NCBI RefSeq assembly: GCF_018977255.1 | Contig: NW_024704743.1 | Location: forward strand, 1,550,001 to 1,614,000 | Length of the DNA: 64,000 bases | Direction of reading: 5' to 3' | Source of the DNA: Callorhinchus milii | Lineage: Eukaryota | Part shown: one piece after another, positions 1 to 13,650 of the stretch | How the letters are laid out: every line of letters begins with the position of its first letter | How positions within the stretch are numbered: the stretch's first letter is position 1 | Notes under the pieces: model-generated | Seen by the model: only the letters and a program-made list of their open reading frames with translations | Database searches by the model: none | What the model was told of the DNA's origin: nothing | Program-made: the position numbers and the translations under genes

Positions 1-219
1 GTACACCCATAAACACACCCAGAAACACACGCGCGCAAACACTCACAGATACACACAGACACATGTACACGCAGTACGGTGTGATTTCAGCATTAGCTGA
101 TTTTTATTCTGGTTTTAACCCAAACCCTCATCGATAAGACGGTATCATGACAACGGCTTCTCCTGCAGTCGCTCAGATTCTTGCGTTTAAAATTTCCTGT
201 TCTGTACAGAGGGAGAGAG

Positions 220-490
220 ACAGACACACCCACACACACACACACACATACACACCACATTCACATGGGCACACACAGACACAGACACACACACACACGC
301 ACAAGCACACACAAAGTGCGCACACACACACACACACACACACACATGGACGCACACAAGACACAGACACACACATACACACACAGGCACACACCCAGAC
401 ACACACACACACATGGACGCACACAAGACACAGACACACACATACACACACAGGCACACACCCAGACACACACACACAGGCACACACCCA

Positions 491-521
<31 letters not shown>
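220..521. repeat. Compound (CA)n microsatellite with a ~67-bp higher-order repeat
   Basis: atggacgcacacaagacacagacac... recurs at 346 and 413. Confidence 0.9.
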
Positions 522-525
<4 letters not shown>

Positions 526-940
526 TCAGCAATAGCATCCACAGCAACTGACCGAATAACAGAACAATTCTGGGACACTCACCGATGCTGTCGTCTCTGC
601 TCACAGCTTCTTCTGTTGCAAATAATGTGGCTTCGCTCCTCCAAAATATCCTTAATATTAAAAGGCTCCTCCCTGCCTCCCCCCCTCCCTGCCTCCCCCC
701 CCTCCCGCCCTCCCTTAGTTGAGTAGACAGAACGGCAGGTCCAGTAGGGAACAAGATCTCAGTGTAAAATTGCCTGGTGATGGGGAATGGCGAGCTCGGC
801 TGTAAGCTTCACTCTATCACAATCTGTCTCGTAACAGGAAATTTTGGTCTGGAAAGACTCTCAGTAATTTGTCAGTCAAAACCTTCCACGACAGCGACAG
901 GGAGGAATTGCATTTATACAGCGTCTTTCACGTCAATTCA

Positions 941-1345
941 AGTCCTGCGGCTCAGCGGTTAGAGCCCTCGCCTCGCGAGCGAGAGGACCCGGGTTCGATT
1001 CCCGGGCAGGTCAGGGCGAGACATTGGGCAAGTTTCCTCACTCCACACACACACACACACACACACGCACACACACACACACGCGTGCCTCTGTTTACCG
1101 GCAGTCAGTGGGAACCCGGTTCTTAGTCGATCGGCGAATCCCTTTTCCGAGGAATAATAACCTTAAAAAATACAGCATAATCACTCAACCCGCGGCTGTT
1201 TGCGGGGGGACGCCGCTGTGCGCAGTCGGCCGCCGCGTTTCGCCCACAAAACACGCAGTCAATTCACTTTGCAGTGTACCCTGTGAAGCGCTTTGAGACG
1301 TCTCGAAGACGGTGACGAGGCGCTGTGTCAAATGTAATTTGTCGT
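941..1345 (+). mobile_element. tRNA(Ala)-like-headed SINE with internal (CA)n, Deu-like 3' part and L2-type tail (representative full copy)
   Basis: A/B-box head gctcagcggttagagc...gggttcgattccc; gctgtgcgca...gccgcgtttc core; tail aagcgctttgagacgtctcgaagac...ggcgct. Dozens of related copies and fragments occur across the window. Confidence 0.9.
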
Positions 1346-2363
1346 CGCCGTTGTCATTGTGGCTCTGTTCCCCAGTCGTGGTGAGGCTAAACTATTAGAA
1401 ACCCAGCAGCAAAGTGGAGGTGATTGTCAGTGGGGACTGAGTGGGTGGGAACAGTTAATTACAATCCCGTTGCTGTGTGCTGTGAGAATGTTAATTGACG
1501 CCACCAAAGGAATTGCTGGGTTTCGACATGAAAAGAATAATAATAATCCCGGCATTTTATACAGCGCCTTATCACGTCTTCGGGACGTCTCAAAGCGCTT
1601 CACAGGATACGCTGTAAAGCAAAATAACCGTATACTTAGTGGGCGAAACATACAAAATATTATTAAGAGCAGTAACATAATAATCGTGGCATTTAGTCCA
1701 GCATCTGTAATATCCCTGTGTTTTACGGGTAATGTCGCTGTAAAGTGTAGTGACTGTGTATTTTTAATGGATGAACGCAGCAGCCAATTCGCACGCAGTG
1801 AATACACAGTAAATTCTACAGTCCAACCCTTACGACGTGAATGATCAACAACAAATTGTATCGTGGGAACGCCTTCCGCGTCCCGGATCAATTGATTTTG
1901 TGACCAATTATATCTGGTGGGGGGGGGGGGAGATTGTTGGCCAGGACACCGAGAGAGCGAGAGAGAGAGAGGGAGAGGGAGAGAGAGAAAAAGAAAAACC
2001 CTTTTCTTTTCGAACAGTGCCACGGGAGATCTTTAACGTCCACCTGCACCGACACAAACAGGACCTCGGTTTAACGACTCGTTCGAAGGACGGCACCTCC
2101 GACAATTCAACACACACACCCTCCCCCTCAAGACCCTCCTCTTCGACAATGCCTTCGGTCACCCTCCTACCCTACACCCTCCACCCCCTCCTGATCCCAA
2201 ACCACCCCCCCACCCCCCAATCCCCCCCACGCCCCCCCCCCCACCCCAGCTCGGGTGCAAATCCTTGTCTGTCCAGGGCTTTGGAGCGACAGCTTAGACT
2301 GTGCGATTCCAAGCACTGACGTGGTGGTAGGGGCTTGAACCCACAACCTTCTGACTCAGAGGC

Positions 2364-2401
<38 letters not shown>

Positions 2402-3315
2402 TGAGAGCGAGAGCGAGAGAGAGAGAGAGAGAGAGCTACCCACTGAGCCGGGCTGAGCAGCACCGTGTTGGCTCGAAGGGCAATGAGGAGCTGTACTGGA
2501 TTGCTTGAGGCTGTCATCACCAGCGTATAATTAAGATATTTGTGATTGTTAATCTGCACAAGTGATATTTCAGGGCGAGGAACCTTCCTCCGCCTCTGCA
2601 GCCCCCGATGGATAATTAAGTTCAGACTTAAAGTGTCAGCCTGGCTCTCTCGCGCTCTCTCGCTCGCTCTCTCTCTCTTTCTCTCTCGCCTCTGAGTCAG
2701 AAGGTTGTGGGTTCAAACCTCCCCCCCCCCCACCACCCCCCTCTCCCACCACCACGTCAGGACTTGGAGCTCAGGGTTGTGCTGGGGAAGGGAAGGCGTG
2801 AGGGGGACTATGGCGCGGGCAGGCAATTAATGGCGATTAACAGGCAGACAGACAGGACCTGGGTTTAACATCACAGCTCAAGGATAATGTGCAATAACAC
2901 AGCTCTCGCTTCCAGTTCCCCCCCTAAGCATTGGACGAGAGCCTCAGTCTAGATTGTGAGCTCAAAGCCAACCTCGGGCATGAAGCCACAAACCTTCTGA
3001 CCCAGAAGCGCGCGTGCGAGAGAGAGAGAGAGAGAGAGAGCCACCCACCCACCCAGCCAGGCTGAGACCAGTGCTTTAATGAGCGACATTAAGAAGGCTC
3101 GTTTAAAGTGATGCCTCGTCTCGGTGTGACAGGAGGTGAAATGGCACAGACAGAGAAGGCAATCTGCTGGCTGTTGAGCTGCGTTACTCTGGCTGCAGGG
3201 CTGCGTGGAGTGTCAGAGGTATCAGCTTGCTGATCTGTCTGCGTTTCAACCCTGCAGCAATTAATGTAACGGCAGCCACACACACACACGCACACACACA
3301 GCAAGATACAAGTCA

Positions 3316-3417
3316 AGTCCTGGAGCTCAGGGGTTAGAGCCCTCGCCTCGCGAGCGAGAGGACCCGGGTTCGATTCCCGGGCAGGTCAGGGCGAGACATT
3401 GGACAAGTTTCCTCACT

Positions 3418-3453
<36 letters not shown>

Positions 3454-3710
3454 GCGGCTCTGTTTACCGGCAGTCAGTTAGGAACCCGGTTGTTGGTCGA
3501 TTGGGGGAATCACTTTTCCGGGGGGGAATCATCCAGTAATACAGTAATAATAATAATAATAATTTGGTCACCGAATCCACGACGTTGTTTGTGGGACGTC
3601 GCTGTGCGCAAAACACACCGTCACTATACTGTACAGCGTATCCTGTGAAGCGCTTTGAGACGTCTCAACGACGCGATAAGGCGCTGTGTCAAATGCCGGG
3701 ACTATTATTA
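3316..3710 (+). mobile_element. Same tRNA-headed SINE family
   Basis: Same head, (CA)n, core and tail as 941-1345. Confidence 0.88.
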
Positions 3711-3740
3711 TCCACTCGATGAGCCAATGTTGAGAGAGAA

Positions 3741-3824
3741 AGTGAGTGAGTGAGTGAGTGAGTGAGTGAGTGAGTGAGTGAGTGAGTGAGTGAGTGAGTG
3801 AGTGAGTGAGTGAGTGAGTGAGTG
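3741..3824. repeat. (GAGT)n microsatellite
   Basis: Perfect tetranucleotide run. Confidence 0.95.
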
Positions 3825-5433
3825 AAAGACTTTGCCTGTGGTTTATCGCCGTGTGTTCAGTTGGATAAAATTTCACGTGGGTGAAACCTTTTATTGATCA
3901 GCCGCAAGAAAGAAAAAAAAAAAGCCGACGAGAGGAAAGGATCTTAAGCACAGCGTGGAAATCTGCGGGGGCTCTGATCTGGGATGGAGATTCACTTAAA
4001 CCCTCGTGGAAGCGAAGCCGGGGTTTGACAAAAGCACGTCTGGGTCAAGAAAACACAGGGGAAGAACTTTGGACACTTACACACTCGATGCGTCGATCCT
4101 CGAGAGAGAGAGCGAGAGAGAGAGAGAGAGAGAAAGAAAGAAAGAATGAGAGAATAGGAGAGAGAGAGAGAGAGAGAGATTGCCTTTGCTTGTGTTTTGT
4201 CATGACAATAATAATAATAATCCTTGCATTTGATACTGTAAAGTGAATCGGCTGTGTGTTTTGTGGGCGAAACGCGGCAGTCAGTTGCGCACAGCAGCGT
4301 CCCCCGCAAACAGCCGCGGGTTGAGCCACCAGTTTTATTTTGAGGGGTGGGGGGGGGGGAAGGGGGATAGTCGGCCAGGACACCGGGAGCGAGAGAGAGA
4401 GAGAGAGAGAGAAACTCATTCAGTTGCCAAACGTGGCACCTTGGATCCAGTTCAGCTTCAGAAGGAAGAGACCATCACAGAAGGAGAGAGCTTCACAGGT
4501 CGGGGGCACAGAGTCAGGAAGCGTCTCGCGTTCGAATTCCACTGGAATACCCTTCATTGAAGGTCTCAATTGTTAGTTGATTAAAAGGCAGTGCCACCTT
4601 CACCGTTTCCAGCCTCACCTCACCCCTTTCCCGCCAACAACAAAAAAAATCATTCCGACCCCTTACGTTGCCTTAATGGGATTTACACGCACAGCTCCCA
4701 AATCCTCAGCAAATCCCGCTGTCAGCTGTCCTGCTCCACCTCCGATTTCATTCCGCCAGCGACCGTAACATCTCATCAGTCCGCGTATCCTCGTGTGCTC
4801 AAGTCATTTACATTCTCCTTCTTTTAGGTTCAAGTCGGTTTCCTGACGATAAGGATAATCCGTGATATAACGCCTTTCGCGTCAGGAGGACGTCTTAAAG
4901 CACTTTGCGGGATTTTATTGTAAGAATTCTATTCCGTGGGCAAACGTGGCGGCTAATTGCACGCAGCGAAGTCCCACGCAAACAACAACAACAACAACGC
5001 AACAACAAGAAATTACACATCATAGAGCGCCTTTCACGTCAGGAATCATGAAGGTGATGACCACCTTCACACAACACAACTTACATTTTACATTTACACC
5101 CCCAGAGGTCTGTTCATTGTGTTGCTGGGGGGGTGGGGGGGTGGGGGGGGGGTGAGAGGGAGGGGGGTGGTGGGAGGTGTGGGAGCCAAGTGGGGTGGTG
5201 GGTCCTTTCTGAAATATAATATAATAATAATCTTGATATAGCGCCTCATCATCATTGCAGGGTGAATCGACTGTATTTTGTGGGCAAAATTGTGGCAACC
5301 GATCACGTACAGCAGTTTCCCACAAACAGTTGTGGATTGAGTGCACAATTTTTTTTGAGGGGATTATTCCCCCCGGAAAAGCGATCCGCCAATCGACTAA
5401 CAACTGACTGCCGGTAAACAGGGACGTGTGTGT

Positions 5434-5466
<33 letters not shown>

Positions 5467-5559
5467 GAGTGAGGAAACTTGCCCCACGTTTCTCCCGGAC
5501 CTGCCCGGGAATCGAACCCGGGTCCTCTCGCTTGCGAGGCCTCTAACCACAACGGTCTG

Positions 5560-5870
5560 GGGCTCCAAAAGGAAGAGGTGCGGGAGAGGACATGAGCTGC
5601 AAAGTTCTGGATGGCCTGCGGCTTGTGGAGGGGAGGGTTGGGGAGGCCGACAAGCAGGGAGTTGGCGTAGCCTCGATGTAATAAGCGGGTGCGATGAGGG
5701 TCTCGGAGGCCTGAGCTGTGAGACAACGGCGGAGCCGGGCGAGGTGGCGGAGGTTGGGGGAAAGGCAGAACGGATCACGGTGTGGCTGGAAGGACATTTG
5801 AGGGTCAAGCAAGACGCCAAGTTTCCGTAACGGCTCGGTGAGGGGGCAGAGTGGTGCCACGAGCGGTGAC
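5560..5870 (-). mobile_element. Degenerate L2 ORF2 fragment
   Basis: Translates to LRKLGVLLDPQMSFQPH...LRHLARLRRCLT...ETLI, homologous to the 16-18 kb L2. Confidence 0.8.
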
Positions 5871-8800
5871 GCTGCCGGCGCCTGAGGCGTGAAGACGCGG
5901 ACCCACAACCTTCTGACTCAGGAATCGAGAGCATCGCTGACCGAGCCAGGCTGACACCCAGGAGGAACATAACCCGGTTACTGATTATACCAATTATGTT
6001 CCCATTGCTGACTGTAATTTGATGTGCGTTTGGGAATTAATGAAGGTAGCGTGAGAGGCCTAATCCGGGAGCAGTATCACTTACCTGTGTTTTTTCAATT
6101 AAGTGACATTAAGGCCTGTCCTCTCGGCCCGGAGTAAATAACATTTTCGTAACTTGATTATTATGAATCGCCTTTGGAGAGTGAGATTGTTTCCTGTTAC
6201 TTTCTGTCGCCTCTAATTGTTCGGCTCATAATTAAACAATTAAAGGCCTTCTGACTCCTGTTTAGCTCCTGCAGAGAAATCATCCGACGGGCTCTTACCT
6301 TATAAGACATCAGGTTGGCTCGGTTGGTAGCATTCCCTCTCTCTCTCTCTCTCTCTCTCGCCTGTGACCGAGCCTCTTTGACCGAGCCTTCTGCTCCCCT
6401 CTCGACTCTCTACCCCCTCCTCGCTCCCTCCCTTCCCTTCCCTCCCCTCCCCTCACCCTGACCATTTCCCCCCAATGCTCGGGTCCTGACCCAACTGTAC
6501 AGCTCCTTGGGACGTCCTCCTGACGTGAAAGGCGCTCTATAAATTGTTGTTGTTGTTGTTGTTGAGTCGGAAGGCTGCGGATTCAAGCCCGACATCAGGA
6601 CACAGTCTAAGCTGACGTTCCAACGCAGCGCTGGGGGAGGTGTGTTGCGTTGTCGAAGGCGCCGGCCTTCGGATGAGACATTAAACCGAGGTCCCGCCTG
6701 CCCGTTCAAGTGGACGTTAAACGTCCCGAGGCTCTACTTGCCGGGTTTATTGTGGCGTGTTCGATTCCCGGGCGGGGGGGGGTGCAAACCTGAGGCGGGT
6801 TCCCTCACTCCACGCGCGCGCCTCTGTGTACCTGGCAGTCAGCAGGAACTCGGTTTATCGAGGATTACTATTAATAAGGAGAACACTATAAACCAGAAGC
6901 CTGGCGTTTCCGCTGACAGAGTTAATGGTGGTCCAACCTGACAGCGATTAACATGTGAAAGCTTGAGGCCTCGTCGCTCTCTGTCAACTGTTGTATATTT
7001 TCCCCTTTGCCCTGTTTGCTTTAAGCGGACTCTTCCAAACCGATGTTTATTGTACCTTCAAAAGCTGAATCTCAACGCGATTCCCTTCGCATTGACCTAC
7101 AGATTGCCTTGAGCCGTACCTTTCCGCAAAGCCTGACACGTGCTGTCAAACCATTCCCGCAGGCACCGGCAAAAAGCCACCGGATTACAGGCACTTCCCG
7201 AGTGACTGGCTCATCGATCGATCGACCTGTGTCCTTAGCTCACAGCTAACTGGGCTGAAACAAAGCGACGCCTGGAAGCGTAGCAGTTAGAGCCCTCGCC
7301 TCGCAAGCGGAAGGACGCGGGCTCGATTCTCGGGCAGAGCTAAACCTTAGGCAAGTTTCCTTACTCCGCACACACATCGTTCTAACGTCTCACACGAAAG
7401 GACGACATCTCCGCCAATGCAGCTCTTCGAGACAGTCAGGGAGCTGGAGGGAGACTTCCAAGGAGTGGCGAAGATGCGAATAGAACATCCAACTCCCCCC
7501 ACACCCCCCCCCCCCACCTCCCAATTGCCTTAACTCATCTTCAATAGGGAGACCATATACCTTCAGCATTGCTGAGTTTTCACGAGGTATTGATTTGCTG
7601 CCACCGGGGTATGAGATAATTACTGTTCTATAGAGTGTTTCCAAGCAGCACAGAACGTACAGCGATAAATCCAGGCCTTTTCATCCCTCTTATTCCTGTC
7701 CTGGGGATGTTATCAGTTATACACCCACCCACCCACCCAAATAAATTGGGTCGCTCAACCCACGGCTGTTTGTGGGGACGCTGCTGTGCGCAATTGGCTG
7801 ATGCGTTTCGCCCACAAAACACACACACACAGTCGATTCACTTTACAGTGTGTTCCGTGAAGCGCTTTGAGACGTCTCGAACAGCTAAAACCGCATCGAT
7901 GTCACTGTCTGGCCAGCTTTCCCGCTGCTTGTCCGGCTGGGACCACCCTCCCCGTTAGTCAGGGCTTTGGCTGTGGGGTTACCAGGAGCCGAGGGGGAGG
8001 ATTTCCTGCCCCCAGTGACCGGTCGGCCCTTCCAGGTCCTCCCGATGGATGAGCTGAGCCGGGCTGTGCCGCCATCAGCAGTCAGTGCCCTGGGATACCG
8101 CGGCCCCTCCTGGCTCAGGACCCGGGGGCTGGAGACCGGCACAGAGGGTGGGGGTGGGGGGAGAGGGGCTCGATTCTGACATTCTGTTGGCAAAGATGTC
8201 ACCTCGGCGCTGGCTCATACATTAATGGACTAAATTAAGCAGGTTTTCGGTCTCCATAGAAACAGACTCTCGACAAAATGCGGAGCTCTGGAAGTTTGGT
8301 GATATTTTTAGCTCTCTCCTGCTTCAGACAGACACCAAAACATGATGTGGGGAGGGGAGGGGTGGGGGGGAAACCTTGTCACTGACGCCAGTTGACCAGT
8401 GAAGGCAAAACAGCTGGAGGACACTCAATTTTTATTCTTCCCCCCCCAACCCCCCCCACCCCACCACCTCGCCCCACAAGCCGACTAGAGGGATCATTGA
8501 GCTGCTGGTTTAGGCTGGTGCTGCTCTGGTGCGATGCCGGGGGAACGCTGCTTAATCCCACCAGCGACTTCCTTCAGATGAGACGTTAAAGATCTCGCGG
8601 CTCTGTCCGAAAAGAGAAAGGGGCTTCTCTTTCTCTCTCTCTCTCTCTCTCTATCTCTCCCCCACCCCCCCGTGTCCTGTCTTTGCAGAGTGTCCTGTGA
8701 AGCGCTTTGAGACGTCTCGAGGCGCTGTAGCGAAGGCGAGGATGATCAGTCTTGGGAACGATATAACAGTATACAGTTCTGGGGGGTGGGGGGGGGGGGG

Positions 8801-9534
8801 GCGCTGTATTTTCGGAGGTGCTGTTCATCGAGTAAGGCTTTAAACCAAGGTTCCTGTTCAGGTGGACGTTACATAACCCTCGGTGGGGAGAGGGGAGTTT
8901 CTCTCTCTCTCTCTCCTGCTGTCCTGGCCAACAAATCCCCACCCAGATCCCCCCCCACCCCCCCCCCACCTCCCCAAATCAGTTCATTTCACTTCCCGGC
9001 TGTTTGTGGGACGCTGCCCCGTTCAAATTGGCTGCCGCCTTATAGCGATCCTCGCATTTGACTCAGCCCCTTATCACGTCTTCGAGAACGTCTCAACGCG
9101 CTTCGCGGGACAACGCTGCAAAAGTGTAGTGACTGTGTGTTTCGCGGGCGACACGCGGCAGCCAATTGCGCACAGCAGCGTCCCCACAAACAGTGGCGGA
9201 TTGAGCGACCGCGTTATTAAACAATCGATAAATAGTCACTCAACAGGACACACACTCTCTGCCTTGCAAAGTATCCTGCAAAGCACTCTGAGACCTCCTC
9301 TCCACGTGAAAAAAAGGCTCTGCATCCGATGCCGGGGTTACTAACTTGTCCGGTTCATAACTAAATCAGCGACTGATGAAATCTAACGCTTCGCTTTACC
9401 AGATGTGACACCAGGAGCCAATCTAACCTAATCTTCTCTCCAGTCACACGATAGTCTCTGTCTCCCCTCGCTCTCTGTCGGTAACGGTCACTAGACCGTG
9501 TGTGACCGACACAAACGATTCACCGTGTCCCCTT

Positions 9535-9865
9535 ATAATAATAATAATAATAATAATCCTTGCATTTGATATAGCGCTTTTCACGTCAGGAGGACGTCCC
9601 AAAGCGCTTCACAGAACACACTGTAAAGTGAATTGACTGTATATTTGTGGGCGAACGCGCAGCCAATTGCGCACAGCAATGTCCCACAAACAGTCGTAGA
9701 TTGAAAATGACCAATTTATTATTGTTTTTGGTTTTTTGGAGGGATTATTATTAGGCTCTGTGTGGAGTAAGGAAACTTGCCCGAGGTTTGGCCCTCTGCC
9801 TGGAATTGAACTCAGGTCTCTCGCTTGCAAAGCGAGTGCTCTAACCACTGAGCTACAGGACTCCA
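9535..9865 (-). mobile_element. tRNA-headed SINE, internally deleted subfamily with L2-like tail
   Basis: Closely matches 38593-38915. Confidence 0.88.
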
Positions 9866-10313
9866 CTTATTGGGTCAGTCCAGTGACACATACAGAAACC
9901 CATCCCCGTGCTTAAGAGTCTCCAAACCGGGCAACAAACGATTGCAACCTACACACGAAAATCTCCCCGTGACTGGAATGGAATGGAATGAGCACTCACA
10001 CTCTCTCTCTCTCTCGCTCTCTCCCTGGAGGGACCCACCCTACTTACCTAATTCCAGAGAGTATTAGGGCCCGGGTGAGCGACAGACAGGTTTTGTGGAG
10101 GTGAGGGGTTGGGGGGAAGCCCAGAGTGTGCGTTGGGGTTAACAGCTGGAGTCTGACCGGCTAAAAATGCTTGTCATTGATATTGGTGTCTGGCAAACCT
10201 TCCCATTGCTTGTCCAGCTCGGACCACCCTACCATTAGGGGGGATTATTACCCCCAGATGATCTGCCAATCAACTAACAACCGGGTTCCTGCCGACTGCT
10301 GGTAAACAGAGGC

Positions 10314-10346
<33 letters not shown>

Positions 10347-10816
10347 GAGTGAGGAAACTTGCCCAATGTCTCGCCCTGACCTGCCCGGGAATCGCCCCCG
10401 GGTCCTCTCGCCTGCGAGGCGAGGGCTGTGAGTACGAGGATTATTTAACTCTTTGTTAATATGAAACCCGTCTGTCCCGAGTTCAGGTGGACTTTAAGAT
10501 CCAGCGACTGTGTTGAGAAAGAGAAGGGAATTCGTGTGTCCCGGTTTCCCGGCCAACAATCCCACTCCGATCAAAAAGAAATACTCATGCACCGCTGGCT
10601 ATTTGTGGAACATTGCCCGGTGCAAATTAGCTGCTAATATACAGTCGGTAGATTGACTGTGATGCCCGGTTTGGCCGGTTAGACTCCAGCAGTGTTACCC
10701 CAACGCACACTCTGGGTCCCCCCCCCGCCCCCCCCCACCACCACCCCCCAAGCCTCGGCTCTCGCCAACCTGCGCCGAATACTCTCTGGAATTAGGTAAG
10801 CAGAGCGCGTCCCTCC

Positions 10817-10852
<36 letters not shown>

Positions 10853-12127
10853 TGCATTCCATTCCGACAATCTATCTCTGGGATTCCCACGTGTCGTTGG
10901 GAGGTCTGGAATTCTCAGTTGGGGTTTGGAGACTCTTAAGCGACGGTGACGGGTTTCCGTGTGTGTCAGACACCCACCAGCCCCCCCACCCCACCCACCA
11001 CCCCACCCCACCCACCCACCACACACCCGTCCGACCACAAAAACACGTAGCATTGACACCCCATTTTTGCCCGGGAAGGTCCTGGAGGGCAGTTTGTCGA
11101 GCGAGATGAGACGCTGCGTAAAAAAACGCGGTCGATGTAGATGTCTTCCGTTCTTATCAGGAAAGGAAACTGGAAGCGTTGTTAACGGGGCGGAGCGGGG
11201 ATAAATATACCAGGGGTCTCGGCGACGGACCGGCGGAGACCAGGAATAAGGCAGCCTCGGAATAAGCCGCGGGTGGAACCACACCGCAGATTCTGGTCCT
11301 GTTGTTAAAATGATTTCTGTCCTGAGGCAGGAAGCTGTGTTACTGTCTGACACGTCTGCTCAATCAGTCATTCATTCTCTCTCTCTCTCCCTCCCTCTCC
11401 CTCTGCAGCAAGTGGGGGGGGGGGCGGGGTTGCGGAGGGGGTGAGAGGGAGCGGACGGGTGGGTCGGGGTGGGGGTGGAATTGATGGGGAGGGATTGAGG
11501 AAATGCTTTTGCATCGATGCTGACAAGTGGGAGAGCGAGTGGGTGGGGGAGCATTTGGGAGGGGGCGGTGAGTGAATGTGTGTGTGTGTGGGTGGGGGGG
11601 GGGGGGGAGAGAGTGCGCGTGTGCGTAGAGGGGGAGGGGGAATAGGCTCAATTTGGAGCTGAGAGGCGTGCGTGGGAGGGAGGGAGGGAGGGAGGGAGGG
11701 GTGTCCCGTGTTATTCTCCGCAAGTCACTGCGAATTGAGAATGGCTTAACGTTGCCTCGCAGTCAGACGTGTGTAAATATTCCCTCACCGTCACCGGCTC
11801 GGCCTCCTTCGGCCCATCTTTTTTTGGCCGCGTGTCAGCAGTGGGTAGCGCTTTCTCTCTCTCTCTCTCTCTGTCTCTCTCTCACTCCTCTGAGTCAGAA
11901 GGTTGTGGGTTCAAGCCCCCCCCCACCCCCGCCCCCCCGGGTCAGGACTTTGCGCTCGCATCCCTCCGTCCTCCCTAAGCGGTTCCTCGAGACCGTCCCG
12001 AAGCGCTTCACGGGATACACTGTAAAGTGTAGTGACTGTGCGGTTTCGCGGGCGAAAGGCGGCGGCCAATCGGGCCCAGCGACGTCCCAGCTACAACAAA
12101 CAGCCGTGGACCAAGTGACCGATTTAA

Positions 12128-12178
<51 letters not shown>

Positions 12179-13612
12179 CTGTTTCGTATCAACGACACGG
12201 AATGGCTGTAGCGGTACAGTAAACGTCCCTCACACGCTGTGACTGCCCGAGAACAAGTCGGTCGGATTGCAGGGAGTCCCACCAGGACTCCGGAAACATG
12301 GGGTCAGACGTTCAAGCCATTTGCCGCTCGGGCGCGTGGAGTGCGACGTGGCGTTGGCTGACGGGGTTTGACTGCGCAGCCTTGCCGGTGCGGCGGGGGA
12401 ACGTACTCTCGCCAGCCGGAGGACCTGGGTCCGATTCCCGGCCGGGTTCCGGGCGAAGCCTTATAGCAAGTTTCCTTACGCCACACTTTACTCCGCCGTC
12501 TTGCTCTGCCCCACCTCGGTGACCGAGTTAAACCTCCACCAAACTGTCCCCCACCCTCCCTCCCTCCCTCCCTCCCCACCTCCCTCTGCTCTGCATGCAC
12601 TGGCCTGCTCTATGTCCCCCCCGACACCCACCCCCCCCCACACCCACCGCCCCGCCTGCTCCACCATCCTCAGTCAGGCCGTCAGCCTTTCTGCTCCCAA
12701 ACTCTGGAACTCCATCCCGGAGTGGGGGTGGGGAGTGGACAGGTCTGGGTGGGGTTAGAGGGTCACAGAGATAGAGAGGACCTTCCTCTTTGACTGTGCC
12801 TTGGGAGTACCTGTCCCTAAGCCCCCACCCCCACCCCCGCCCCACCCCAAGCTCAGGTATTTAGTTTACAAGCACTCAATCCGCGACACTGCTGTGCGCA
12901 AACGACCGCCGCGCTTCGCCCACGAAATACACAGTCACCACACCTCCTGCGAAGCGCTGCGAGACGTCTCGACGGCGCGATAAGGCGCTGCGTCGAAGCG
13001 CGAGGATTATTATGTCTTCCCGCCGACGTGAAAGTCACTGCATCGATATAAATCTCATATTGTGTATCAAGCAGAAGCAATATTTACTTTATTAAGGGGT
13101 AGGAGGCAATTAACAGTAAATTGGGCCCTTCATTGGCTCTCACGTTACCTCCACTGAGAGTTCTAACAGTCAGGAGCGAAGCACTTTGCTCTGGTAAACG
13201 TGACCGTATGATTTATGCCACTGAGAGTGCTGCCAGTTAAACTGTAATCATTATCAGGATTTAATTTGTTGTTTAATAACATCGAAACAATTTTTTTTTA
13301 ACCCACAAGCCACGTGTCAGTTTGCTGTTTGGCTCCTGGCCTTCCTGCCCAACAAACTCGCTCCTTCGCTCACGACAATAAGAATACTATTAGTAATAAT
13401 AACAATCCTTGCGTTTGATACAGCTCCTTTTCACGGGAATTGATTGTATATTTCGTGGTACGCTGCTGTGCGCAATTGGCTGGCCGCCATGTTTCTTTCG
13501 CCCATAAAAATGTCGACAGTCACTACACTTTTGCAGCGTGTTCCGTGAAGCGCTTTGAGATGTCGCGATGATGTGATCAGGCGCTATATAAAATACAAGG
13601 ATAATTATTGTC

Positions 13613-13650
<38 letters not shown>

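Noticed and set aside
147..754. Long His/Thr- and Cys/Val-rich ORFs, and many similar ORFs elsewhere
   Set aside because: They are translations of (CA)n/(GT)n, (GA)n, (TAA)n and poly-G/C runs.
941..1012. tRNA-Ala(CGC)-like cloverleaf, repeated many times in the window
   Set aside because: It is always fused to the same SINE body and has an imperfect acceptor stem, so these are SINE heads, not tRNA genes.
12298..12387. Alternative GHRHR exon 1 (MGSDVQAICRSGAWSATWRWLTGFDCAALP)
   Set aside because: Poor signal peptide and weak donor; 22061-22111 is a much better exon 1.
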